From: an uncultured Eubacteriales bacterium
GTDB taxonomy: Bacteria > Bacillota > Clostridia > Lachnospirales > Lachnospiraceae
Length of the DNA stretch: 45,047 nucleotides
Assembly: GCA_900313535.1 (NCBI GenBank)
Contig: OMRR01000158.1
Coordinates: forward strand, 1 to 45,047
Direction: 5' to 3'
Shown: positions 26,020 to 34,253 of the stretch, piece by piece
Position numbering within the stretch: position 1 is the first letter of the stretch
How the letters are laid out: each line of letters begins with the position of its first letter
Program-made: the position numbers and the translations under genes
Notes under the pieces: model-generated
What the model was told of the DNA's origin: nothing
The model's database searches: none
The model's input: the letters and a program-made list of their open reading frames with translations, nothing else

Positions 26020-28302
26020 ATTAAAAAGAAAGTTTTAAAAATTATAGGTTTTTCATTTATAGGAATAGTTGCAATTACAGTACTTTTTTCTCTATGTGTT
26101 TTCTTTGGATTTGATGTGCAAAAAATGCAAGATGATATTGAAAAGAGATATAGTACTTCAATACTTGATACAAATGGGAAACTAATGGATGTGTTTTTAA
26201 ATGAGGATGAGCAATGGCAACTTAAGGTAGAGGGTGATGTGCCTGACAATCTTAGTGAAGCGGTACTTACATGTGAAGATAAAAATTTTTATACACATCA
26301 TGGTGTTGATATACTAGCTATAGGTAGAGCGTTTAAAAATAATTTACTCGGAAGAAAAAGAAGTGGGGCAAGTACTATTACTATGCAAGTTGCAAAACTT
26401 GCTATACCGAAAAAAAGAACTTATTTCAATAAATTTGTAGAGATAATTCATTCGCTTAAGATAGAGACAGCACTTGATAAAGAGGCGATACTTAAATTAT
26501 ATTTAAATAATGCTCCCTATGGTGGTAATATAGTAGGGTATGGAACTGCGGCAAGAATGTATTTTCAGAAAGACCCAAATAATCTTTCTTGGGCTGAGTG
26601 TGCATTACTTGCGGTCTTGCCTAATTCGCCAGGTGCAATGAATGTAGAAAAAAATAGAGAGAGATTAATCAACAAGAGAAATAATTTGCTTGATAAATTA
26701 TATGCAAAAGGCAGACTAACTGAACAGCAACTTGAATTGTCAAAGAGAGAACCATTACCAAATGAAAGATATTCATTTGAAAGAGTTGCACCACATCTTG
26801 CACGTCGACTTTATAATCGTAGTACTGATAAGGTCATAAGGACTACAATAGATTACAATTTACAAAAGAGAATGCAAGAGATAGTTAGATCTTATGTAGA
26901 TTTTACACATTCAGAGGGTATAACTAATGCTGCCATGCTTGTAGTAGAAAATAGGACAAGAAATGTAAAGGCATATATTGGATCACAAGAGTTTATGGAT
27001 ATGGAGAATGAAGGGCAGGTCGATGGTGTGATTGCAAGACGTTCTCCTGGTTCTATATTAAAACCATTTTTATATGCATTGTCGATTGATGAAGGTTTGA
27101 TAGCTCCAGAATCATTAGTTCAGGACGTGCCAATGTTTTTTGCGAATTTCAATCCTCAAAATGCAAATAAAAAATATACTGGGATGATAGAAGCAAGGCA
27201 GGCACTTATATCTTCATTAAACATACCCTTTGTTCATTTATTAGATCAGTATGGGGAAGATAAGTTTTATTATTTTCTTAAAGATATGCTTGAATTTGAT
27301 GAAAATGCTCCTGAACGATATGGATTATCTTTAATACTTGGAACGAGGGAGTTTACTGTAGAAGAGATAGCGACCTTATATTCTGGGTTGGCAAATTATG
27401 GAAATTTCACTAAGTTACACTATACTTTAAATGATGATAAGTCAAGAACTAAGACGATGTTTTCTAAAGGAGCAAGCTATCTTACACTTGATACATTAAA
27501 GGAATTGGTTAGACCAGGTATTAATAATTTATATAGATGGAAGGAACCGATTTCATGGAAGACTGGTACAAGTTTTGGCAAGAGAGATGCGTGGGCGTGT
27601 GGAATGACACCAGATTATACTGTCATAGTATGGGTTGGAAATTTTTCTGGAAAGAGTAATGACAATTTGTCTGGAGTAATAAGTGGCGGAAGGTTGTTGT
27701 TTAATGTATTTCAGGAATTAGATAATAGCAATAAACACTTTGAAGAGCCATATTATGAATTGGAAAATATAGAGGTTGATAGTATAACTGGCTATCGCAT
27801 TGATTTAGACGGAGTAGAAACTAAGACTATAAAATATCCACGTAACGCTAAGCCATTAAAAATGTCACCATTTTACAAAAAGATATATGTGGATGAAAAT
27901 GATGTAGAAGTGGATTCAAGAGATCCAAATTTTGCTAATAGCCATGAGAAAGTAATTTTGAATTATCCTTTGGAAGTCGTAAATTATTTCATTAGAGAGA
28001 ATAGGGATATTTCAGAGATATATCATACAACTTCAAAAGAAAAGAGTTTAAAGATATTATACCCGACACCAAATCTTAAAATATTGTTGCCAAAGGATTT
28101 GGATAAGGAACAAAAGCTTGTTGTAAAAATTGCAAATCTAAAAAATCAAGATATATATTGGTACTTAGATAAAGAGTTTATAGGTATGGATAAGACATTT
28201 GAAAAAGAAATATCGCTTGGTGTAGGAAATCATACCTTGACGATAATGGCGGAAGATGGCGAGATTGCCAAAACAAACTTTTCTATAGAAAAGACTATTT
28301 AA
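26020..28302 (+). CDS. pbpC: penicillin-binding protein 1C (bifunctional transglycosylase/transpeptidase); start codon uncertain
   Basis: Transglycosylase motifs EDKNFYTHHGVD and GASTITMQ. Transpeptidase motifs SPGSILKP (SxxK), SLN and KTGTS. The C-terminal extension is typical of PBP1C. The in-frame TM anchor (26020-26115) has no ATG, GTG or TTG. The first canonical start is GTG 26116. Confidence 0.85.
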   Translation: MKKKVLKIIGFSFIGIVAITVLFSLCVFFGFDVQKMQDDIEKRYSTSILDTNGKLMDVFLNEDEQWQLKVEGDVPDNLSEAVLTCEDKNFYTHHGVDILAIGRAFKNNLLGRKRSGASTITMQVAKLAIPKKRTYFNKFVEIIHSLKIETALDKEAILKLYLNNAPYGGNIVGYGTAARMYFQKDPNNLSWAECALLAVLPNSPGAMNVEKNRERLINKRNNLLDKLYAKGRLTEQQLELSKREPLPNERYSFERVAPHLARRLYNRSTDKVIRTTIDYNLQKRMQEIVRSYVDFTHSEGITNAAMLVVENRTRNVKAYIGSQEFMDMENEGQVDGVIARRSPGSILKPFLYALSIDEGLIAPESLVQDVPMFFANFNPQNANKKYTGMIEARQALISSLNIPFVHLLDQYGEDKFYYFLKDMLEFDENAPERYGLSLILGTREFTVEEIATLYSGLANYGNFTKLHYTLNDDKSRTKTMFSKGASYLTLDTLKELVRPGINNLYRWKEPISWKTGTSFGKRDAWACGMTPDYTVIVWVGNFSGKSNDNLSGVISGGRLLFNVFQELDNSNKHFEEPYYELENIEVDSITGYRIDLDGVETKTIKYPRNAKPLKMSPFYKKIYVDENDVEVDSRDPNFANSHEKVILNYPLEVVNYFIRENRDISEIYHTTSKEKSLKILYPTPNLKILLPKDLDKEQKLVVKIANLKNQDIYWYLDKEFIGMDKTFEKEISLGVGNHTLTIMAEDGEIAKTNFSIEKTI

Positions 28303-28313
28303 AGGAATTGTTT

Positions 28314-29087
28314 ATGCAAAAAGAATTATCATATGTCCTTATGGATCCATCAAAAAATATAACAATACTTGTAGAGACAGATATTCCTTTGAATGATCAA
28401 GTAAAGGTGGCAGAAGTATTACTTAAAAAAGAAAGAACTGCTGAGCAAGTTGGATTTATAACATTAAAAAATGATAATATATATCTTCGCATGGCAGGCA
28501 ATGAGTTTTGTGGAAATGCCACTATGAGTGCAGCTGCATACTATGTAAAAGAAAAAGATTTGAAAAGTGCAAATGTCAAAGTGAATGTGTCAAATCAACT
28601 TGTTAATGTACAAATAGATTATATAACTGATGATGCTTGGCAAGGAATAGTTGATATGCCAAAGGCAATAAAGGTCATAGACATAAAGTTTCCAAATAAT
28701 GAGATATTGCCTGTTGTATTTTTTGAAGGGATTGCTCATATAATTTATAAAAGCAATATAAATAGAGCGAGCGCAGAGGCATTGATAAAAGAATGGTGCA
28801 GCTTTCTTAATGTGGAAGCACTTGGAATAATGTTTGTTGATGATTATTTTACTAAAGTTACGCCACTTGTATATGTAAAGGCAGTAGACACACTATACTG
28901 GGAAAATGCCTGTGCTAGTGGTTCGTCAGCTGTGGGAGTGTGGCTTTCAAAAAAAGAGAATAAAGAAGTAAAAGTTTCTCTTACACAGGCTAGTGGAGAT
29001 GTGTTAGAAGTATCGGTTGATAAAAATGGTAATATAAAATTAAAAGGAGTAGTTAGTTATATATCGAAAAGTTGTTTTAGTATGTAG
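28314..29087 (+). CDS. DapF-fold PLP-independent amino-acid racemase/epimerase (CntK/histidine-racemase-like)
   Basis: 257 aa with AGGA RBS. There are two pseudo-symmetric halves, each with a candidate catalytic Cys: MAGNEFCGNATMS and WENACASGSSAV. These correspond to the CGNG / ACGTG motifs of DapF. The resemblance to CntK is from memory. Confidence 0.55.
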   Translation: MQKELSYVLMDPSKNITILVETDIPLNDQVKVAEVLLKKERTAEQVGFITLKNDNIYLRMAGNEFCGNATMSAAAYYVKEKDLKSANVKVNVSNQLVNVQIDYITDDAWQGIVDMPKAIKVIDIKFPNNEILPVVFFEGIAHIIYKSNINRASAEALIKEWCSFLNVEALGIMFVDDYFTKVTPLVYVKAVDTLYWENACASGSSAVGVWLSKKENKEVKVSLTQASGDVLEVSVDKNGNIKLKGVVSYISKSCFSM

Positions 29088-29160
29088 GGGAGAGTAATGC
29101 GAGCCTGCATTCTACAATGGAAAACATATTAGTGTTGTTTTAATTAGAATTTTGTAAATT

Positions 29161-30543
29161 ATGAAATATGAAATGTTAGAAAAAAATGATATATTGAAAA
29201 AACTATTTTGGTATGCGGTGCCACTTATTATTGGAAATATAGTATTACTTTCCTATGATTTAGTTGATGCACTTGTCATATCGAAGTTTGTAGGCGAGAA
29301 GGGACTTGCAGCAGTATCTACGGCAGGACAGATAAGTAGCTTGACGCTTCTATTTTTTTATGGCCTTTGCATGGGGGCAGCTGTCATAATTAGCGAGTAC
29401 TTTGGGGCAAATGATTTAGTTGGTGTAAGACTTGAGATATCAACTACACTTATCGCAGGCGGTATCTTTGCTATTTCTGTCAGTTTGATTCTTGCATTGT
29501 TTGCAAGAGGTTTGTTTCATTTGATGCAAGTGCCTGAAGATGTGATGGATGATACAATTTTGTATTTGCGGATTGCATGCGTTGGCTTGCCATTTGTGTT
29601 TATATATAATGTATTTGGTAATGCTCTTAAGGCTATGGGAAATAGTAAAGTGCCGACATTCTTTTTGGCATTATCTGCAGTAATGAATACTGTTTTGGAT
29701 TTGTTATTTGTGGTAGTGTTTAAGTGGGGAGTAGCAGGTGCATCAATTGCGACTGTCATATCTCAGATAGTTAGCTGTAGTTTGATATATATTTATATTC
29801 AAGTGAAAGTAAAAGAACTTAGGATTAAGAAAGAGGAGTTCGGTGTAAGACGAAGACTTGCTATAAGAACATTTAGAGATGGAATTATAACTGCACTTCA
29901 ACAAGCTGTGCCACCACTTGGAAGAACTATAATAATGGCAAAAGTTAATACCCTAGGTGTGGCAGCGATGGCTGCAAATGGTATTTTAAATAGAGTAGAT
30001 AACTTTGCTATTCTTCCAGCGCAAAATATAGGACTTGGAATAATGACTTATACTGCACAGTGTCGTGGTGCTAAGCAAAATGATTTGATATATGAAATAT
30101 TTAAGAAGGGGGCAATACTTGAGTTGAGTTTTGCTGCTATAGTATTTACTATTTTATTCTTCTTTAAATATAATATCATGGTTGCACTTGCACCAGCAGG
30201 AAGCGTAGAGGTTATAGAACTTGGGAATAGTTATTTGCATATAATGTCATTTGGATATTTCTTAGTGGCGTTTACCAATACTTTCCACTGCTTCTTTAGA
30301 GGTATGGGCAATATGAGCCTTACGCTTTATGACTCATTGATAAATCTTACTGTGAAAGTTTTTGTAGTATATACATTTATTGAAGTATGGAAACTTGATG
30401 CAGTAGCTTGGGCAACTATCATAGGATGGGTAATAATGAATGGTTTTGCGTTCTTATTATTTATGTATCATAAAAAGTATAAGTGGAAAGAAGTGTACAT
30501 TGAACCTACTGCTGAAGAGTGGGAAAAATTTAATAGTGATTAG
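29161..30543 (+). CDS. MATE family efflux transporter
   Basis: 460 aa, 12-TM-like profile. N-terminal PLIIGNIVLLSYDLVDALVISKFVGEKGLAAVS pattern. Confidence 0.85.
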   Translation: MKYEMLEKNDILKKLFWYAVPLIIGNIVLLSYDLVDALVISKFVGEKGLAAVSTAGQISSLTLLFFYGLCMGAAVIISEYFGANDLVGVRLEISTTLIAGGIFAISVSLILALFARGLFHLMQVPEDVMDDTILYLRIACVGLPFVFIYNVFGNALKAMGNSKVPTFFLALSAVMNTVLDLLFVVVFKWGVAGASIATVISQIVSCSLIYIYIQVKVKELRIKKEEFGVRRRLAIRTFRDGIITALQQAVPPLGRTIIMAKVNTLGVAAMAANGILNRVDNFAILPAQNIGLGIMTYTAQCRGAKQNDLIYEIFKKGAILELSFAAIVFTILFFFKYNIMVALAPAGSVEVIELGNSYLHIMSFGYFLVAFTNTFHCFFRGMGNMSLTLYDSLINLTVKVFVVYTFIEVWKLDAVAWATIIGWVIMNGFAFLLFMYHKKYKWKEVYIEPTAEEWEKFNSD

Positions 30544-30581
30544 GTTTTATAAAAGGTCATACTTTAGACACAAATTGGTTA

Positions 30582-30587
30582 TATAAT
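30582..30587 (+). promoter_or_regulatory. -10 box (TATAAT) 7 nt upstream of ATG 30595; no SD
   Basis: GGTTATATAATAAAGATTATG. Confidence 0.4.
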
Positions 30588-30594
30588 AAAGATT

Positions 30595-31880
30595 ATGAAA
30601 GAATTGTATTGTAAATATTGTGGAATGGAATTAGAAAGAGGTTCGTGTAATTGCGAACAATTTTTGCATTCTACAAAAAGTTCTATCAAAAGAAAAAAAT
30701 TTGTGATACCTGTGATAAGAGAATCGACATAGATGCAGTGTATTGTCCTTATTGTGGTGTGCCATTTTCTACTGATGGAGACATTGATAGTTTAAAAAGA
30801 GAACTTAGAGGTGAAAATGCAGTAGATGTGCTTGATATCTATGAGAAGATAGACAAGGAAAATGGTATAAAGAGAAGTAAGGTTAAGAAAAATCCATTTA
30901 CTGTATTATTCTCTATGATACTCATTATATTAATAGGGGCAGTTTCATTTACAAGTTTTTTGTTGCCAGTTATTAGAAAGAGAATAGAAGATTATCAATT
31001 AAAGAAAACTTTAGAGACTGCTGAGCAAAAAGATGAGTTGTTGCTCACACCTACTTCTGATAAAGTAATACAATATGAGCCAGAGCCTACAACTCAACCT
31101 GTGATAGAATTAAGAGATACATGGGTAAAGAGAGATGGATATTTTTATGCATTTGATAAAAATGGTGACCCTGTAGTTTCTGACTGGGTGACAGAAACCA
31201 ATGAAGATGGTGAGGAACAACAATACTATTTTGACATTGAAGGAAAACTTGTAGTAAATTCGTGGATTGATGGAGAATATTATGTAGGTTCAGATGGTGC
31301 GATGCTTAAAAACCAAGAGACACCAGATGGTGCATTTGTAGATGAAGATGGAAGAGTGCTCTTGCATGGTAATGAAGAGGTGGCGGTAGAGAGAGAGACA
31401 TATGTGTATTATGAGGCACCAAATTCTTCAGAGACAGTGTCTGCCACAACTCAGAAGTCAGCACTTACTGGAGAGATAAAAGGTGTGGATCCAAACAAAA
31501 CTTATGAATTATATATTAAAAATATAAGACAGGAGAGAGATAGTATTACAAAAGGTGATTTTAAGTGTAATATAACTTTCTATGTGCCAATAATAGCAGG
31601 TGCGAAAGAAAAGGAAGTTGACAAAATAAATGCTGCAATAATAACTGCCATTGAAGAAGAGTTTAAGCCACAGATAAAGGAGATGGCAAAAGGTTATGGA
31701 GAGATTCCAAAGTCAATAACATTTACTTCTGTGGAGCAACGTAACCTTACAAGTAATAAAATGACCATACTTACACACGGTAAAGTGTTACCAAGGAAAG
31801 GATTGACAGAAAAAAAGAAATTTAGATTTGTGTATGATAGAAAGTCTGGACAACTTAAGGTGGCAAATATTTCGGAGTAA
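30595..31880 (+). CDS. double zinc-ribbon / TM / wall-binding-repeat / DUF4163-like envelope protein (paralog 2), split by a frame change at an A7 tract (30693-30699)
   Basis: The frame from ATG 30595 encodes MKELYCKYCGMELERGSCNCEQ... and stops at 30730. The -1 frame continues ICDTCDKRIDIDAVYCPYCGVPF. After that come a TM segment (FTVLFSMILIILIGAVSFTSFLL), repeats (DGYFYAFDKNG, QQYYFDIEGK, GEYYVGSDGAM) and ITFYVPIIAGAKEKEVDKINAAI. The ORF-track version starts at TTG 30651 with no SD. Confidence 0.7.
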
Positions 31881-31887
31881 AGTATAT

Positions 31888-31919
31888 AAAAAAAAGAGGT
31901 CTACCCGACCTCTTTTTCT
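31888..31919. terminator. bidirectional intrinsic terminator between convergent genes
   Basis: A8-GAGGTC, loop TACCC, GACCTC-T5. The stem overlaps the last murG codons. Confidence 0.8.
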
Positions 31920-32965
31920 ATTATGTCACAGATATTTTCAATTGCTTTTATTTCAGTTGAGTTAGTCATAGCACTTATCATTTCTTCTTTGCGATTATGC
32001 AATTCTTCTAACTTTTTGAAAAACAATTCTTCTTTTTTGTCTTGGTCTTCTTCAAGTAGCACTAGGGCATAATTCTTTTTCATAAAACTATTTGCATTTA
32101 ATATCTGGTCACCACGAGATGCTTTGGTAGATAGTGGTATAAGCAAACTTGGTTTTTTTAGTGCAAGCAATTCGAAAATGAAATTAGCTCCAGCTCTACC
32201 AACTATATAATCAGATGCAGCAAATACATCTGGCAACTCACTACGAATCATTTCAAATTGTCTATATCCATCTAAATGAATACTATTATCTAGTTTATTT
32301 TTTCCGCATGAGTGAACGACATTTATAACTTTAAGCATCGCAGGTAAATTTTTTCTTATTAGGTTATTGATATATGCAGAACCGAGACTTCCACCTGAAA
32401 CAAATAAGATAGGTTTGTCATTATTGAAGTTAAGAAATTCTAATCCCTTTTTTCTATCACCATTTAAAATTTCATTTCTTATAGGGCAACCAGTGAAGAC
32501 ACCTTTTTTGCCAAGCATCTTTGCTGTCTCTTCAAAATTACAGCAGACTTTCTTAGAAAGAGGAGTGGCAATTTTATTTGCAAGGCCCGGGGTAAAGTCA
32601 GCTTCGTGGGAGATCACAGGAATTCTAAGCCCTGATGCTGCTATGACAACTGGCACTGATACATAGCCACCTTTTGAAAAAATGACATCTACTTTATTTT
32701 CTTTCAATATTTTTATAGCTTCTGATATGCCCTTTAGTACATTTACAGGCATCATTAGGTTTTTTACATCTATATATCTTCTTAATTTATCAGCAGTTAT
32801 GCCAAAAAAAGGTATGTTTTTGCTCTCAATAATTTCTTTTTCCATACCATTTTTACTGCCAATATAGATAATATCAAATTGTCTTTTCTTGAGTTCTGGG
32901 ATAAGTGCAAGATTTGGAGTGATATGTCCTGCAGTCCCACCGCCCGTAAGTGCTATTTTCTTCAT
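31901..32965 (-). CDS. murG: undecaprenyldiphospho-muramoylpentapeptide beta-N-acetylglucosaminyltransferase MurG
   Basis: 354 aa from ATG 32965 (MKKIALTGGGTAGHITPNLAL G-loop). C-terminal GT-B motifs (GGSLGS, RAGANFIFE). The 32-codon N-terminal extension in the ORF track is unlikely. Confidence 0.9.
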   Translation of the reverse strand: MKKIALTGGGTAGHITPNLALIPELKKRQFDIIYIGSKNGMEKEIIESKNIPFFGITADKLRRYIDVKNLMMPVNVLKGISEAIKILKENKVDVIFSKGGYVSVPVVIAASGLRIPVISHEADFTPGLANKIATPLSKKVCCNFEETAKMLGKKGVFTGCPIRNEILNGDRKKGLEFLNFNNDKPILFVSGGSLGSAYINNLIRKNLPAMLKVINVVHSCGKNKLDNSIHLDGYRQFEMIRSELPDVFAASDYIVGRAGANFIFELLALKKPSLLIPLSTKASRGDQILNANSFMKKNYALVLLEEDQDKKEELFFKKLEELHNRKEEMISAMTNSTEIKAIENICDIIEKEVG

Positions 32966-32972
32966 ATTTTTA

Positions 32973-32978
32973 ATTATA
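32973..32978 (-). promoter_or_regulatory. -10 box (TATAAT) 7 nt upstream of the murG ATG; no SD
   Basis: Minus-strand sense reads TTATTGTATAATTAAAAATATG. Confidence 0.45.
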
Positions 32979-33008
32979 CAATAAGTTATACAAAAAAACA
33001 AATAATAG

Positions 33009-33017
33009 TGGTATAAT
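33009..33017 (+). promoter_or_regulatory. extended -10 (TGGTATAAT) promoter candidate for the 33079 gene, divergent from murG
   Basis: It lies about 60 nt upstream of the GAGGAGAGG RBS and ATG 33079. Confidence 0.45.
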
Positions 33018-33078
33018 ATAGCCATATAATTAATTGCAGTTGCAGTAGTTTTTTGTTGCAAATGTAGAGGAGAGGCTT

Positions 33079-34230
33079 ATGAGTGGAAGAATTAACAAAC
33101 TTTTAAAATTGGTTTTACTCATTGCGATGCTTACAACTTTATTTGCTTGTCAAATGACATCAAATAAAACTGAAGGACGCTTTGAAATAAGAGATGGCGA
33201 GGAGACTTATGTATTAAATAAGCAAGTTATTAAGAATAAGTTAGTTAAAGTTGATGGAAAACTTTATTATGTAGATGAAGAAGGTCACAAGGTAAAAGAT
33301 GAGTGGGCTAAAATAGATAATGATGGTCACTATGGTTACTTTGGAAGTTTTGGAGACTTGATTGCCAACAAAATTAAGATTATAAATGGCAAAGAATATT
33401 ATTTTGATGAGCATGGTGTACTTTATCAAGATAATACCGATAGCAAGATTAAAGTGATCGAAGGAACAGAGTATATTGCCAATGCAAATGGCGAGTTAAG
33501 ACTTGCTACATCTAAAGTTAAAGAGACTACAAAGGCAAATACGACTAAACCTACAACACAAGGGACAACAGTAAGTGCTGAGCAAGCAGCAGCTCAGGCA
33601 GCAGCAGCACAACAAGCAGCGGCAGCTCAGGCAGTAGCAGCACAACAGGCAGCGGCAGCTCAAGCAGCAGCTCAGGCAGCAGCACAACAAGCAGCAATAA
33701 ACACTGCTCCATTTGCAAATGCAATCAATATAACTGGTCAAGGTACATCTGTACCTGATGAATTTGGCGGGCCTGGAGTTGGTATTAATGCAAATGCAGT
33801 ATCACCTACAAGTGTAGCTCCAAGCAACAATACAAACACAGTAACTAATAATACAGATACTTCAGAAGTAAAAATACTTAGGACAGAAAAGTATGTTGAT
33901 AGTATAGAGGGCGAAGACTATGATTGTACTATCACTTTGTTAAAACCTGTGTTGCAAGGTTCTTCATCAGAAGAGACTATGACTATCAATTATTGCATGG
34001 ATGAATTGATGGAGGCATGGTATGATGATGTGGCTGGAGTTGTAGGAGAGTATACAACATTCCCAAAGGCTGTCACATTTACATCAGCAGCACTTGGCAC
34101 AGTAAGTAAGTCTAAAATTATGATTAATATTATAGGTACTATAAAGCCAAAGACAGGGTCTACAAAGAGCATAAAATATAAAATTACTTATGACAGAAAT
34201 GAAGAAAATGCAGACGTGAAGAAATCATAA
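33079..34230 (+). CDS. lipoprotein with wall-binding repeats, Ala/Gln-rich linker and DUF4163-like C-terminal domain (paralog 3)
   Basis: Lipobox LFAC. Repeats: DGKLYYVDEEGHKV, NGKEYYFDEHGVL, EGTEYIANANGEL. The C-terminal ITLLKPVLQGSSSEETMTIN ... PKAVTFTS ... YDR region aligns with PKSITFTS ... YDR of paralog 2. Confidence 0.7.
   Translation: MSGRINKLLKLVLLIAMLTTLFACQMTSNKTEGRFEIRDGEETYVLNKQVIKNKLVKVDGKLYYVDEEGHKVKDEWAKIDNDGHYGYFGSFGDLIANKIKIINGKEYYFDEHGVLYQDNTDSKIKVIEGTEYIANANGELRLATSKVKETTKANTTKPTTQGTTVSAEQAAAQAAAAQQAAAAQAVAAQQAAAAQAAAQAAAQQAAINTAPFANAINITGQGTSVPDEFGGPGVGINANAVSPTSVAPSNNTNTVTNNTDTSEVKILRTEKYVDSIEGEDYDCTITLLKPVLQGSSSEETMTINYCMDELMEAWYDDVAGVVGEYTTFPKAVTFTSAALGTVSKSKIMINIIGTIKPKTGSTKSIKYKITYDRNEENADVKKS
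33583..33696 (+). repeat. in-frame tandem repeat (33-nt unit) encoding the Ala/Gln-rich linker
   Basis: Units 33601-33633 and 33634-33666 differ at 3 positions, with partial units on both sides. They encode AAAQAAAAQQAAAAQAVAAQQAAAAQAAAQAAAQQAA. Confidence 0.8.
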
Positions 34231-34253
34231 AAGTAAAAATGGAGGTATAAAAT

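Noticed and set aside
21035-26249. Nine minus-strand ORFs of 61-140 aa inside and just after the A2M gene (for example 21035-21268, 22196-22474, 25827-26249).
   Set aside because: They are antisense to a long ORF with clear family motifs. They have no RBS, and their composition is low-complexity or hydrophobic, typical of shadow frames in AT-rich DNA.
33496-33741. Cys/Leu-rich 81-aa minus-strand ORF.
   Set aside because: It is the antisense reading of the GCAGCAGC Ala/Gln tandem repeat in the lipoprotein gene, not an independent gene.
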